This document shows, piece by piece, positions 45,053 to 55,455 of a stretch of 64,000 bases of DNA. The position numbers were made by a program, and so were the translations under genes. The stretch spans positions 57,429-121,428 of the IMG/VR virus record IMGVR_UViG_3300032282_006516; one strand, 5' to 3'. The notes under the pieces are model-generated. The model was not told the origin of the DNA. It did no database searches and saw only the letters and a program-made list of their open reading frames with translations. The stretch is from a virus. Position 1 is the first letter of the stretch, and each line of letters opens with the position of its first letter.

Positions 45053-45079
45053 CAACTTTAGCCCCCCGACCGGCATAAG
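45053..45079 (+). promoter_or_regulatory. Candidate phage promoter CAA-N19-ATAAG (copy 6)
   Basis: CAA 45053-55, ATAAG 45075-79; between a terminator and the helicase gene. Confidence 0.5.
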
Positions 45080-45112
45080 ACCGGTGCCTGCCGCTCTACT
45101 TCCGGAGGAAGA

Positions 45113-46555
45113 ATGTCGTATCAGCTCGCTCTATGCTCCCGTGTCGTTCGCACGGGAAACATCGCCCCCGTACTCAATTTCGGAATCACCATCGACGACT
45201 TTACGACCAACGAAGCCCGCGCCTTTTGGAACCTCATTCTCGCGTATTACACCCAGCACGAAAGCCGTGGGTCGATTGTGGCCCCCACGATGCTGCAGGG
45301 CTGGTTCAAAGACCTCATCCTGCACGACGACATCCCCTCGATGACCATCGAGGCCCTCTGCTACGAAGTCCGCCGCGAACGCGTCATCGTTGAAGGCAAT
45401 CGCGCGCTGGTGGCTTACTCGGAGGAAGTCTCCCTCCCCACAGCAAACCCAGCCGCGGCCCTATCGCGGCTGCAGAAGAGCGTCTCCGACCTCATCGCAC
45501 TCGGCACGGTCGCCAACTCTGACGTGCCCCTCTCGGCTGGACTCTCGAACATCATGCAGCAAGTTCAGCTGGCCAAGACCGGCGTGAACCGTGCTCGCAT
45601 GGACTGGCCGTGGGAGGCGCTGAACGACGCCACGTTCGGCCTGCAGCCGGACGACTACATCATCTTCTACGGGCGCCCGAAGTCCATGAAGACGTGGGTG
45701 CTCGTCTACCTAATCGCGTGGGCCTACGAGCACGAGAAGCGCATCCTGGTCTACACGAAGGAGATGACTCCCGACAACGTCTACCATCGGGTCATCTCCT
45801 GCATCGCGCGCCTGCCCTATGACGACGTTCGCGGAGCGCTTTCGGGTTACGCCCGAAACGACCCAGCACGCACGGCAAGCATCGAACACGCCGAGAAGGT
45901 GCTGTCCGAGCTGCACACATTCGTGAAGAGCGCGCCAGGTGAAGGCGAACGCTTGCAGGTGTTGAGCGGTCGTGACGTATCGGCGGGCGGCGACACCGTT
46001 TCGTGGCTGAAGAGCAAAGTCGAGCAGTACAAGCCGGACATTCTGTTCGTGGACGGGTTGTACCTCCTCAGCGACCAGCGCAAGGCCACCAGCGACCATG
46101 TCCGCGTGATGAACATCTCGCGTGACCTTCGGAACCTGGTTCTCCACACGGGTGTGCCGCTCGTCGCGACCATGCAGGCCAACCGCAAAGCTGCGGCTCA
46201 TGGCGACGCAAACCTCGACGAGATTGCTTACTCCGATGCAATCTCCCAGGACGCCACCATCGCGGCGCGTGTCATCAACGACAAGAACGCACCGACCATC
46301 AGCATCCTCATTGGCGGCAGCCGTGAGTTCAAACTCCACGGGTTCCGCATCAACGGCGTGCCGTCGACGGACTTTACCTTCCACTCCCAACTGACGGAAC
46401 AAGACGCGCTCAAGGCACGTGAAGGAGATCAAGAGCCGAGCGAAAAGAAACCGAAGAAAGACAGCATTCGACGCCCCGCCACCACTCCCGACCTGAGCGC
46501 TTCGGGCGTATCGGACGCGGAGCTGGGGCAGCGAATAGCTGCGGCGCGGCCGTGA
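45113..46555 (+). CDS. dnaB: DnaB-like replicative helicase (480 aa)
   Basis: GRPKSMKT Walker A variant, YTKEM, LFVDGLYL, MQANR, IAYSDAISQDA. Confidence 0.85.
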   Translation: MSYQLALCSRVVRTGNIAPVLNFGITIDDFTTNEARAFWNLILAYYTQHESRGSIVAPTMLQGWFKDLILHDDIPSMTIEALCYEVRRERVIVEGNRALVAYSEEVSLPTANPAAALSRLQKSVSDLIALGTVANSDVPLSAGLSNIMQQVQLAKTGVNRARMDWPWEALNDATFGLQPDDYIIFYGRPKSMKTWVLVYLIAWAYEHEKRILVYTKEMTPDNVYHRVISCIARLPYDDVRGALSGYARNDPARTASIEHAEKVLSELHTFVKSAPGEGERLQVLSGRDVSAGGDTVSWLKSKVEQYKPDILFVDGLYLLSDQRKATSDHVRVMNISRDLRNLVLHTGVPLVATMQANRKAAAHGDANLDEIAYSDAISQDATIAARVINDKNAPTISILIGGSREFKLHGFRINGVPSTDFTFHSQLTEQDALKAREGDQEPSEKKPKKDSIRRPATTPDLSASGVSDAELGQRIAAARP

Positions 46556-47550
46556 CCGACGATATTCTCACCCTCGCCCAGAAGTATCTGGAGCGGGTAA
46601 AGCGGTCGGGGGCGGACGACATCATGTCCGTCTGTCCCTTTCACCGAAAGTCAGACGGAACAACAGAGCGAACGCCGTCGTTTGCGATGAGCATTCGCAG
46701 CGGGCTCTGGTACTGCCACTCGTGCCACGCACGCGGCAATCTGCACTCGTTCCTGAAAAACGTCGGGGTGCCGCACGCCGAAATCGAGCTGCGTTACAAG
46801 CCGCTACTCGACGACGCAACGAGGCACGTTCCGGCGAAGACAAACCCACTCGTTCCCCTCGAAGCCGTCAAAGAACCTCTTCCAGAGAGTCTTTTGGCAC
46901 GGTTTGAGACTTGCCCGACGATGCTGCTGGAAGAGGGATTTCCCGAAGACCTCTTACGGCGCTTTGACGTTGGGTTCGACCCAATCCACAACCGGATCAC
47001 CTTCCCGCTGCGTAACGCACGCGGGCAGCTCATCGGAATCAGCGGAAGAGCGGTCGACGGACAACACCCTCGGTACAAGGTGTACGACTGGGAGTACCGC
47101 GACTTTGAGCTTCCCGAAAGAAAGACCGAGAAGCGGGCGATTGTGTGGAATCTGCACAACGTCCTCATCGAAGGTCTCTTCACAAAACAACAACCTGACC
47201 GGTTCGTCGTTGTCGTAGAGGGCTTCAAGGCCGTCATGCGCGTTGCCCAGGCGGGAATAAGCAACGTGGTAGGACTGCTTGGTTCCTTCCTTTCCGAAGA
47301 GCAACAAGGGGTACTCTGCCGACTCGGCTGCCCCATCCTGCTCATGCTGGACAGCAACGACGCCGGACAAGCCGGTCAGTTTGACGCCGGGGTCCGTCTC
47401 AACCGTGACGTCCCGAATCTTTACGTCGTCCACTACAACGCACCGCAGCCCAGCGACCTACAGCCTGCCGAAATACACACAGCACTGCTACAAGCACAGC
47501 GGTTTCAGACGTGGGCGGTCAACGTCCCACTCCAACAGCTACGCCACTAA
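46552..47550 (+). CDS. dnaG: DNA primase (CHC2 zinc finger + Toprim, 332 aa)
   Basis: CPFH...WYCHSC, RITFPL, ISGRA, VVEG, LDSNDAG. Confidence 0.9.
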   Translation: MTDDILTLAQKYLERVKRSGADDIMSVCPFHRKSDGTTERTPSFAMSIRSGLWYCHSCHARGNLHSFLKNVGVPHAEIELRYKPLLDDATRHVPAKTNPLVPLEAVKEPLPESLLARFETCPTMLLEEGFPEDLLRRFDVGFDPIHNRITFPLRNARGQLIGISGRAVDGQHPRYKVYDWEYRDFELPERKTEKRAIVWNLHNVLIEGLFTKQQPDRFVVVVEGFKAVMRVAQAGISNVVGLLGSFLSEEQQGVLCRLGCPILLMLDSNDAGQAGQFDAGVRLNRDVPNLYVVHYNAPQPSDLQPAEIHTALLQAQRFQTWAVNVPLQQLRH

Positions 47551-47565
47551 GAAAGGTGATTCTTC

Positions 47566-48720
47566 ATGTCGTACGGTAAATCCCAGAACGCCCTCAACAA
47601 CGTCGGTTCGTTTCGCCAAATCAGCGGGAAGGCTACGCAGCAGCTCACGCAGAAGAAGCCCAAGGGAGGCGTTCCCTACTTCGTGGACATGTACCAGCCG
47701 AGCACGAGCGACATCGACCTCGTTCGCTTGGTGCCGGGCGAGTACATCCAAGACCAGCTGCAGGGAGAGGGCAACGACGTGACGGCAGTGCCGCAGGTCA
47801 TGCCGTTCATCAAGTTCGTCGAGCACTACGACGGCGCGAAGAAGACCGGACTCATCTGCAGCGCCGGCCCGTTCGCGAACTTCAAGGACAAGCGGGAGCC
47901 GTGCCACGGCTGCGACATCTTCTGGGAAACGGCGGTGCGCACTCCCGAAGGGCGTCTCCAGTCCCCGCGCATGAGCCGCCAGAACAAGTACGCCTTCAGC
48001 GTCTTTGACTACGGCGTCTACCACAAGATGGAGCAGTACGACCGTGACGGCCGCGTCAAGATCAACCAGGTCACGAAGGAGCCGTATTTCAACTGGGTGA
48101 AGTGCCAAGGCCAGGGCTGCGATGCGTGCCGTGCGCGCAAGGAAGCCAAAACCGGAGACATGCGCCACTGGCCGATGAGCTACACGCAGCTCCAGGTTCT
48201 CCGCAGCGCCGAGACGGACATCGGAAAGTCGTGCGCCGCGTGCGGTACGGCCGACAGCATCATCAGCCACGGCTGGATGTGCGCGTCGTGCGGTGAGTGC
48301 GCTATCGACATGGAGAGCACGCAGCTGAAGAAGGACGAAATCCTTCGCACTACGGACAACGAGTACCACTGCCCCTGCTGCAACTACCGTGGGTTTCTGG
48401 TCGAGGTTTTCGAGTGCCGCGTCTGCTCGCAGCGCGGTCAGACGGGCGTGCGCGCGTCGCTCTTCGACGTCGACCTGCGCGTCAAGCTGATCGAGACCCC
48501 AGGCCAGAAGGGCAAGGTGCTCCAAATCATGGGCTGGTCGTCTCCGCACCCGGTCGACACCCAGTACACGTCGCTCGTGAAGCCGGTCGACCTCGTGGCG
48601 CGCTACGCGCCGGATTCGATGGAACGCCAGGCGGCCAAGCTCGGCATCACCAACTTGCCGGGACCGCGCCGTGAACCGCAGACGAGTCCAAACCCGTCTG
48701 TGCCCTACGGCAACCGCTAG
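47566..48720 (+). CDS. Putative single-stranded DNA-binding protein (gp32-like) with Cys-rich insert (384 aa)
   Basis: Between primase and polymerase; C..C.GC motif as in zinc-binding phage SSBs; several extra CxxC pairs. Confidence 0.5.
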   Translation: MSYGKSQNALNNVGSFRQISGKATQQLTQKKPKGGVPYFVDMYQPSTSDIDLVRLVPGEYIQDQLQGEGNDVTAVPQVMPFIKFVEHYDGAKKTGLICSAGPFANFKDKREPCHGCDIFWETAVRTPEGRLQSPRMSRQNKYAFSVFDYGVYHKMEQYDRDGRVKINQVTKEPYFNWVKCQGQGCDACRARKEAKTGDMRHWPMSYTQLQVLRSAETDIGKSCAACGTADSIISHGWMCASCGECAIDMESTQLKKDEILRTTDNEYHCPCCNYRGFLVEVFECRVCSQRGQTGVRASLFDVDLRVKLIETPGQKGKVLQIMGWSSPHPVDTQYTSLVKPVDLVARYAPDSMERQAAKLGITNLPGPRREPQTSPNPSVPYGNR

Positions 48721-48732
48721 TCAACGTGTAAG

Positions 48733-48769
48733 CGCCGCCGGTCTGTACAACCGGCGGCGTTTGCCTTTT
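48733..48769 (+). terminator. Hairpin terminator between the SSB-like gene and the polymerase
   Basis: CGCCGCCGG-TCTGTACAA-CCGGCGGCG then TTTGCCTTTT. Confidence 0.6.
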
Positions 48770-48779
48770 CAGAGGACCT

Positions 48780-50843
48780 ATGGGCTGGAATATCCGACTT
48801 CCGGATGCCGAGTGGTACGACCTCGGTGATCCGCGCCTTCCTGCACTCATCGACGAAGTCTGCGACCAAGACGTCGTCGCTATCGACACCGAGACCACAG
48901 GTCTCAAAATCTGGTTCGACAAGGTGCTGTTCTGGTCTCTTGCTTGGGGACCGCACCGCCGTGTGTGCATGCCCGCGCGCACCCTACCATTGTTCCAAGA
49001 CGCGTTCGCCGATGCGGGGAAGCGTTGGGTATTCGCGAACGCGAAGTACGACCTGCACATGCTCGCCAACTCTGGCGTGAACATCACGGGCGACGCGGTG
49101 GACACCGCCGTGATGCACGCGTTGCTCTACGAAGAAGAGAGCCACGCTCTCAAGGACATGGCGAAGCAGGTTCTCGGCTGGCGTTGGACCGACTTCTTCG
49201 ACACGTTCCAGGCGCAGAACGTCGACGACCTGTCGAAGTCGCCGAAGCGATTGCCAAGCGGGCTGTTCGTTCAGCCCACGCGCAAGGAAACCATCGAGGA
49301 GATGCTTCTGCGCTGCGCGCACGAAGACCTCCCACGCCTCGTCGACTACGCCTCCAACGACGCCTACGGCACGCTCCGGCTGTACGAGAAGCTACGGCAA
49401 GAGCTGCAAGACACGGCGATTTACTCGCTGTACCCGGACTGGCTTCCCGACATGGAAGCTCTGTTCTTCAAAACCGAGGTTCCGTTCACCCGCGTCCTCT
49501 GGGAGTGCGAGCGCAACGGCGTCTTCGTGAACCAAGAGTACCTACAACAACTGCGCGGTCCGATGTGGGCCGAGCACGAACAACTCAGCCGCGAAGCAGC
49601 TCGTCTCTGGCATGCCGCCGGATTCACCGAGGCGTTCAACCCGAACTCCACCGACCAGCTTCGTCGCTACTTCTTCGAGCATCTGCACCTCAAGCCGCTG
49701 ATGTTCACCAAGGGTGGCAAGAGCGGTGTTCGGACTCCCTCCGTGGATAAGGGATTCCTGGAGCGCTACGAGCACGAAAGCCCCATGGCGGCGCACCTGC
49801 TTCGTGACCGAAAGCTGACCAAGCTCATCGGCACGTACATCGACGGCGCCAACGAACACATCGACCCGAACGGGCGAATCCACACGCGGTTCAACCAAGA
49901 CGTAGCGCGGACGGGCCGCCTCTCATCAAGCAGCCCCAACTTGCAGAACATCCCCACGCCTGAGAAGGATAAGTTTCAACTGCGCGGTGCGTTCCAAGCG
50001 ACACCCAACTCGGGCAACACGCTGATCGTCGGCGACTACTCGCAGCTCGAAATGCGGTTGCTGGCGTGCGCTACCGTCACGCAGGCCAATCCCCGAGGCG
50101 CCGAGGAGATGATTCAAATCTTCCTCGACGGCAAGGACATCCACATGGGCAACGCCGCGATGGTCTTCGGCCCCATGGTCAAGCGCCAATATGGATGGGA
50201 CCTGACCTACGACTTCATCAAGGAGGCCAAGAAGGTCGACGGCAAGGTGAAGTCGGGCGAACTTCCTGAGAGCGCGCTCACCGACCAGCACCGCCTCGCT
50301 CTCGAAAAGCGAGTCCACATCAAGTCCGTAGGCTTCGGCCTGAACTACGGCATGAAGGAAAACAAGCTCGCTCGGCAGCTCGGCATCACGAAGGAAGAAG
50401 CGGCCAGCATCATCGAGGCGTACCTCGGAACCTACCCGGCGGTGAACGACTTCTACGCGGCGGCTATCGAAGAGACTCAAACTACTGGGTTTTCCTTCAC
50501 CCTGCTCGGACGCCGCCGGTTTCACCCCGGCATCGCAAGCCCGAACGCCCTCGACCGCTGGAGCGAGGAGCGCAAGGCCGTGAACAATCAGATCCAGGGA
50601 ACGGCTGCCGACGCTGTTCGTCTGGCGATGATTCGCATCGCGCAAGCGCGCCTCGACCGCAAGTACGGCTGCAAGATGCTGTTGCAGGTACACGACGAGT
50701 TGATGTTCGAGTGCCCGCAGGAAACTGCGGAGGAAGCTCGGGCTGAGATTCAACGCATCATGGAGCACCCGTTCCCGACCGACCTCGCCGTTCCGCTCGA
50801 TGTAAGCATCGGCATCGGCCCGTCCTGGAACAAAGCAAAATGA
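48780..50843 (+). CDS. polA: Family A DNA polymerase (3'-5' exonuclease + polymerase, no 5' nuclease; 687 aa)
   Basis: IDTET, ANAKYD, TGRLSSSSPNLQNIP, DYSQLEMR, KSVGFGLNYG, NNQIQGTAAD, QVHDEL. Confidence 0.95.
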   Translation: MGWNIRLPDAEWYDLGDPRLPALIDEVCDQDVVAIDTETTGLKIWFDKVLFWSLAWGPHRRVCMPARTLPLFQDAFADAGKRWVFANAKYDLHMLANSGVNITGDAVDTAVMHALLYEEESHALKDMAKQVLGWRWTDFFDTFQAQNVDDLSKSPKRLPSGLFVQPTRKETIEEMLLRCAHEDLPRLVDYASNDAYGTLRLYEKLRQELQDTAIYSLYPDWLPDMEALFFKTEVPFTRVLWECERNGVFVNQEYLQQLRGPMWAEHEQLSREAARLWHAAGFTEAFNPNSTDQLRRYFFEHLHLKPLMFTKGGKSGVRTPSVDKGFLERYEHESPMAAHLLRDRKLTKLIGTYIDGANEHIDPNGRIHTRFNQDVARTGRLSSSSPNLQNIPTPEKDKFQLRGAFQATPNSGNTLIVGDYSQLEMRLLACATVTQANPRGAEEMIQIFLDGKDIHMGNAAMVFGPMVKRQYGWDLTYDFIKEAKKVDGKVKSGELPESALTDQHRLALEKRVHIKSVGFGLNYGMKENKLARQLGITKEEAASIIEAYLGTYPAVNDFYAAAIEETQTTGFSFTLLGRRRFHPGIASPNALDRWSEERKAVNNQIQGTAADAVRLAMIRIAQARLDRKYGCKMLLQVHDELMFECPQETAEEARAEIQRIMEHPFPTDLAVPLDVSIGIGPSWNKAK

Positions 50844-51328
50844 CCGACGCCGCCGTCAAGAAAATACACATCGACGAAGAGGTGGCCGACATCCTTGGAA
50901 AGAAACCCCGAGAGGTGTCGGTCATCACAACCGCTTTTTTCGACGAGGTCGTTCGCGCCCTCGCCGATAAAGGTAGCGTTCACATCCCGCAGCTGGGCAC
51001 GCTCAAAGTCGTTGCCCGGCACGGCGTGGTCACCCCACGAACACAGCTCACGTCCTTTGACGGGAAAAAGCGCGTCGTTCGCGTCCCGCTAAAGTACTAC
51101 GTCACGCTGAGTAAATCGGCGAAACTACGGAGTGCGCTAAATCGTTGGTGCACTCCCCCTCGAAAGGAAACGGTCATGGAGAAGTACGGTGTCGATGAGT
51201 CCGCCGACGAGCGGCTGGAAAAGCAAGCGTCGGACGGCTGCCCCAAGTGCGGCAAGAAACCGCTCGTGCACGGTCGCGTGCTGATGTGTCCGACCCACGG
51301 GTCGGAGCCGTTCGAGACGAAGAAGTAG
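50840..51328 (+). CDS. HU/IHF-like DNA-binding protein with C-terminal zinc-ribbon module (162 aa)
   Basis: HU-like helices plus VHIPQLGTLKV arm; C-terminal CPKC...CPTH; internal ATG 51176 with a possible RBS. Confidence 0.65.
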   Translation: MTDAAVKKIHIDEEVADILGKKPREVSVITTAFFDEVVRALADKGSVHIPQLGTLKVVARHGVVTPRTQLTSFDGKKRVVRVPLKYYVTLSKSAKLRSALNRWCTPPRKETVMEKYGVDESADERLEKQASDGCPKCGKKPLVHGRVLMCPTHGSEPFETKK

Positions 51329-51359
51329 TTTTCTCCCCAACCCCAGGAGCCATACCAAC

Positions 51360-52649
51360 ATGCCGCGCACTCCGGTCAACGAACTCAACAAGAAGCTCGC
51401 CCAACTCGAAGCCAAGCTCAATCGCAGCCCTGAAGCCAAGGGCGCGAAGGTGATGACGGACATCGACCAATCGCCAAACACTTACTTCCTGCGTCGCCCC
51501 TCCGGCATCATGCCGCTCGACCTCGACACGGGTGGCGGCTTGCCCGCCGGAGGGCTGACGTACCTGTCCGGACCGGACGGCGCGGGTAAGACGTTCCTGC
51601 TCTACAAGTACATCGCGATGAACCAGAAGCTCTACGGAGAGCGTTCTGCCGTCGCGCTCGCCGTCAGCGAGGCGGCTCCCGACCACTTCTTCATGCGGAA
51701 GTGCGGGGTGCAGATTGCGATCCCGGAAACGATGCTGGAGGAGCGCATCAACGAGCGGAAGGAGCGTGGGCTCCCGAGCTTCACCAAGGAACAGCTTCGG
51801 GAGTTCCGGTCGAAGACGGTCGGCACCGTCAAGCTCCTGCGTGGTGCTCATGGCGAGGAGCTGCTCGGAGCCGTGCTGGAGTGCTTCGACGCCGGCATCT
51901 TCGACATCATCGCTCTCGACTCGGTGTCGGCTGTGCTGCCTGAAGCCGATGCGGGCAAGGACCTGGATGAGCCCGGAAAGCGCGCCGCCGCGGCAGGCAT
52001 GCTGACGAAGTTCTTCCAGCACTACCTCAACGGGACGACCGGCTACTACGGCCTGAACCCGACGACGGTCATCTTCACGTCGCAGGTCCGGTCGAACAGC
52101 AAGAAGGCCGAAGCCCCGGCCCACATCCAGAAGTACCTGCCCGACTACGCTCCGCAAGGCGCGTGGGCGGCGAAGCACGGCAAGCTCATCGACATCCTCG
52201 TCAAAGGCGGCGCCAAGGAGAAGGAAGAGGTCAAGGTTGCCCCCAGCAGCCTTGGAGAGCTTGCGGCGCAGCAACGCAACAAGCGCGTTCAGGTCGGCAA
52301 GACCGTTCAGTACGAAGTGCTGAAGGGTAAGGCGGGCGTTCACGAGGGCATCACGGGGGAGTTCGAGTTCCACTTCCCCGCCAGCGCCACCGAGATGAAC
52401 GACCCCTCGAAGCTGCTGACGGAGGACCAGCGCATGGTGCTCGTCTCCGCTATGCAGCGCGGCATCCTCTTCGAGCGCGAGGGCTTGGTGACGGTCTACG
52501 ACCTCGCTACGCAGCAGCCTTACCCGAACCTGAAGGACATCGCCGGTATCAACCGGCTGGTCGACATGATGCGCGCCGACTTCGAGTTGGAACTCATGCT
52601 CCGCCGCGCGGTACTCAGCGCCGCGGCAATCGAATGCGCGTATCGCTGA
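51360..52649 (+). CDS. recA: RecA/UvsX-like recombinase (429 aa)
   Basis: LDLDTGGGLPAGG, SGPDGAGKT, IIALDSV, FTSQVR, VLKGK. Confidence 0.85.
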   Translation: MPRTPVNELNKKLAQLEAKLNRSPEAKGAKVMTDIDQSPNTYFLRRPSGIMPLDLDTGGGLPAGGLTYLSGPDGAGKTFLLYKYIAMNQKLYGERSAVALAVSEAAPDHFFMRKCGVQIAIPETMLEERINERKERGLPSFTKEQLREFRSKTVGTVKLLRGAHGEELLGAVLECFDAGIFDIIALDSVSAVLPEADAGKDLDEPGKRAAAAGMLTKFFQHYLNGTTGYYGLNPTTVIFTSQVRSNSKKAEAPAHIQKYLPDYAPQGAWAAKHGKLIDILVKGGAKEKEEVKVAPSSLGELAAQQRNKRVQVGKTVQYEVLKGKAGVHEGITGEFEFHFPASATEMNDPSKLLTEDQRMVLVSAMQRGILFEREGLVTVYDLATQQPYPNLKDIAGINRLVDMMRADFELELMLRRAVLSAAAIECAYR

Positions 52650-53182
52650 GTGTTGAGGCTCGGCTCGGGACCTGCGCCAAGTGCGCGGGTTCCGGGCCGG
52701 TCATCCCCTTCACACTCATCGCAGACGACCAAGCAGGAGAGGCCGAAGCGCTCTGCGCCGCGTGCCTCTTCACGCCGAATGGTCTGCGTGTCGACGTGCC
52801 CATGGAACCGCTCGTTTCGGGACCGGTCAGTCGACGGAAGGGCCTGCGTAAGGCCAAGAAGACCTCACAACGCCAAGAGGTCGACATCGCCGAAGAACTC
52901 GGTGGACGCACGCAACCCGGCTCCGGGAACCAACCCGGAGCCAAGGGCGACATCCGGAAAAAGGGAGAGCTTCGAGTCGAAGCGAAGTTCACCTCCGCCA
53001 ACTCCTTCAGCCTCAAGCTCGACGAACTCTACAAAATCGCCGGAGAGTGTGGAGTCGGTGAGAAGCCCGTCTTTGTCATCGACTTCCTCGAACCGGGTAC
53101 AAGAAAACCGAAGGACCGCTTTGCGGTCATCCACTTCCACGACCTGAAGGAGCTACTAAATGCCGCTGGCGAGCATCGCTGA
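52634..53182 (+). CDS. PD-(D/E)xK nuclease / resolvase-like protein (start uncertain, 52634 or 52802)
   Basis: SGNQPGAKGDI...VEAK; N-terminal CxxC pair if the longer start is used. Confidence 0.65.
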   Translation: MRVSLSVEARLGTCAKCAGSGPVIPFTLIADDQAGEAEALCAACLFTPNGLRVDVPMEPLVSGPVSRRKGLRKAKKTSQRQEVDIAEELGGRTQPGSGNQPGAKGDIRKKGELRVEAKFTSANSFSLKLDELYKIAGECGVGEKPVFVIDFLEPGTRKPKDRFAVIHFHDLKELLNAAGEHR

Positions 53183-54038
53183 TCTAAACGGACCGACCGA
53201 AGAAGTCATTCGCTGCGTGGAAATGGCGAAGGAACTGTCCAGCCTCTACGACGACTACATCGTCCTCGACCAAGACGACGGCGGACACCGGGCTCCTGGC
53301 ATCCATGCCTCCGAGCTTTACCCCTGCCTTCGCAAGTCCGTGTACTCCGTGCTCGGGACGCCGAAGAAGCCGCACGTAGCCAAGTTCTGGAAGCAGCGCT
53401 TCAAGGTCGGAACGGCCGTGCACACGATGATGCAGGAAGACTTCCACAAAATGGCGAAGCGCTCTCAACAGGGCAAAGCCATGCGGGTCGCGGAAGACGC
53501 GGCAAACAAGATGAACTGCATCCTGGAGTTTGAGGATGAGGTTCGAGTTCACCCGAGCAAGCAAGCGATTGCAGCACGCTACAAGCTGCACTCTAGCTGC
53601 GATGGTGTGTTCACCTTCCGTGACAAGACCACGAACGAAGTGGTTCTGCGTGTGGGCCTCGAAATCAAGACGGAGGCCCCTGACGGCTACGAAAAGCTGA
53701 AGGAGCCGAAGAAGGAGCACGTCCGGCAGGCGCACATCTACATGGCTTGCCTGGACCTACCCCTCATGTGGTTCCTCTACATGAACAAGGGAAACCAGAA
53801 CAACACGGGCTCTGCCGCCCCGTGGCTTGTCACTTGGCAGCCGCAGGTGTGGGCTGAACTGGAGGAGCGCTGCAAGACCGTCCTCGACTTCGCGGAACGG
53901 AACGAGCTTCCCGACCGCACCGAGACGATGGTCTGCGAGTTCTGCCCATGGAGCTACACCTGCCAGCCAAGCAACATGACACGAGCGTTCCAGCGCCCAA
54001 ACAACCGTCGCGAATCCATCCGCAAACCAGGAACCTGA
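53160..54038 (+). CDS. Cas4-like / PD-(D/E)xK exonuclease (292 aa)
   Basis: HASELYPC, CDG, LEIKT, QAHIY, C-terminal CEFC..SYTC. Confidence 0.8.
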   Translation: MPLASIADLNGPTEEVIRCVEMAKELSSLYDDYIVLDQDDGGHRAPGIHASELYPCLRKSVYSVLGTPKKPHVAKFWKQRFKVGTAVHTMMQEDFHKMAKRSQQGKAMRVAEDAANKMNCILEFEDEVRVHPSKQAIAARYKLHSSCDGVFTFRDKTTNEVVLRVGLEIKTEAPDGYEKLKEPKKEHVRQAHIYMACLDLPLMWFLYMNKGNQNNTGSAAPWLVTWQPQVWAELEERCKTVLDFAERNELPDRTETMVCEFCPWSYTCQPSNMTRAFQRPNNRRESIRKPGT

Positions 54039-54039
54039 C

Positions 54040-54660
54040 ATGCGCAACCCACACATCGGGGGACTTTCGCTCCCCAAAGACATCGGCATCTCCGCCAGCA
54101 CTGCGCAAGCTATCGAAAGCCAGTGGAGCACGATCTCGGACGTGGACGCACAACTGGCAAAGCAAGGTATCCACGCAAACCAGGAGCCGGATGTCGAGTG
54201 CCCTGACGTCACGGCCGAAGCGCTACTCACGCCGGACGTGGCAGCCTACACGCGCGTCTTCTCCGCCCAGCTGCGCTGGTACAACTACGTCACCCGTCTC
54301 CTGGCGGACGTGCGCGCTCTGCTGCTGCAAGTCGACAACGAGATGGACGACATCGCCGCGGCGAAGCGCACACACTTCCGGCAGCTCAACGAGGGACGTA
54401 CCAAGACCGACCGCATGAGCGTCGGCGAGATGGACGACCTCATCCTTCAAGACCCGCACTACCGCGACTTGAAGCTGCAGCGGCAAAAGCTGGAGCAGCA
54501 GCGCATGAAGCTCGACGCCTGGGAGTCGACGCTCGACAAGAACCTCAAGACGGTCTCTCGCCAAATCGAGAACCGCAAGGCCGAGGTTACGGGCGGCAGC
54601 CGCGAGAACAACATGCCCGGCCACGCCGCCGGTCGGTGGGAGCAGCGGTTCGCTCGATGA
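54040..54660 (+). CDS. Coiled-coil protein, UvsY-like recombination mediator candidate (206 aa)
   Basis: Helical; ILQDPHYRDL pattern; located near the recA-like gene. Confidence 0.45.
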   Translation: MRNPHIGGLSLPKDIGISASTAQAIESQWSTISDVDAQLAKQGIHANQEPDVECPDVTAEALLTPDVAAYTRVFSAQLRWYNYVTRLLADVRALLLQVDNEMDDIAAAKRTHFRQLNEGRTKTDRMSVGEMDDLILQDPHYRDLKLQRQKLEQQRMKLDAWESTLDKNLKTVSRQIENRKAEVTGGSRENNMPGHAAGRWEQRFAR

Positions 54661-55103
54661 TTCGACTGGAACTGCCGTGGTTGCCCCCCAGCACCAACCA
54701 CGCCTACATCAACAACGGATTCGGGGGACGCTCGCTTTCAAAAGAAGGGCGGGCGTTCCTCACCAAGACCAAGGCGCATTTTGCACAGCGCTACCCGCGC
54801 GAGATGACTGTCTTTCGACCGGACAAGCCGTACCTGATTGTCATCCGCTTCTTCTTCGAGGACATCGAGACGAAGGGGTTCCGGACAGGAAAAGCAAAGA
54901 ACCGGTATAAGACGTTTGACGGCGGCAACCGCACCAAGCTGCTCGAAGACGCACTCAAAGACGCGGGCGGCATCGACGACTCGCAGACCATGACGTCCGT
55001 CTGGCAGAAGGTGCAGGGGCGGCCTGAGCGCACGGTCCTCTGGGCATGGAGCTTGGAGGAAGAAGGAACCCCATTCGATGAGCTACTCCAGCAGCTCACC
55101 TGA
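54657..55103 (+). CDS. rusA: RusA-like Holliday junction resolvase (148 aa)
   Basis: LPWLPPSTN, DGGNRTKLLEDAL, IDDSQ. Confidence 0.75.
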   Translation: MIRLELPWLPPSTNHAYINNGFGGRSLSKEGRAFLTKTKAHFAQRYPREMTVFRPDKPYLIVIRFFFEDIETKGFRTGKAKNRYKTFDGGNRTKLLEDALKDAGGIDDSQTMTSVWQKVQGRPERTVLWAWSLEEEGTPFDELLQQLT

Positions 55104-55455
55104 CGAGTATCGAGCACTATTCGAGGCCTGCAACCGAACGGAGCTGTATCAAATCGCCCGGGCCGCAGGGTTTCCTGTTCCGCCCGGGAGCACCCGAAGC
55201 GAACTCATCTCCATCATCATCTACGAGAAGGAATGCCTCAACGTCCCGCCCGACATCGACGAGTGGCGGCGCGCAATCATGCGGTTTCTCATCGACCACC
55301 GCCGGGTGCTGGAGACGCAAATCACCTGCCCCGCCAAGTCGTTTGAAGAGGACGCATGCTTCACCTGCATTGATACGCAGGTGGTTCACTGCCTGAGCAG
55401 CAACGGTACTGAGAACTTCAAACTCATCGAACTCCGAAAGAAGAAGAAGCCATGA
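55078..55455 (+). CDS. Hypothetical protein (125 aa)
   Basis: Operon packing; C-terminal Cys cluster. Confidence 0.6.
   Translation: MSYSSSSPDEYRALFEACNRTELYQIARAAGFPVPPGSTRSELISIIIYEKECLNVPPDIDEWRRAIMRFLIDHRRVLETQITCPAKSFEEDACFTCIDTQVVHCLSSNGTENFKLIELRKKKKP

Noticed and set aside
53160-54038. Cas4-like gene as a sign of CRISPR-Cas
   Set aside because: No repeat-spacer array or other cas genes seen; solo Cas4-like nucleases are common in phage recombination modules.
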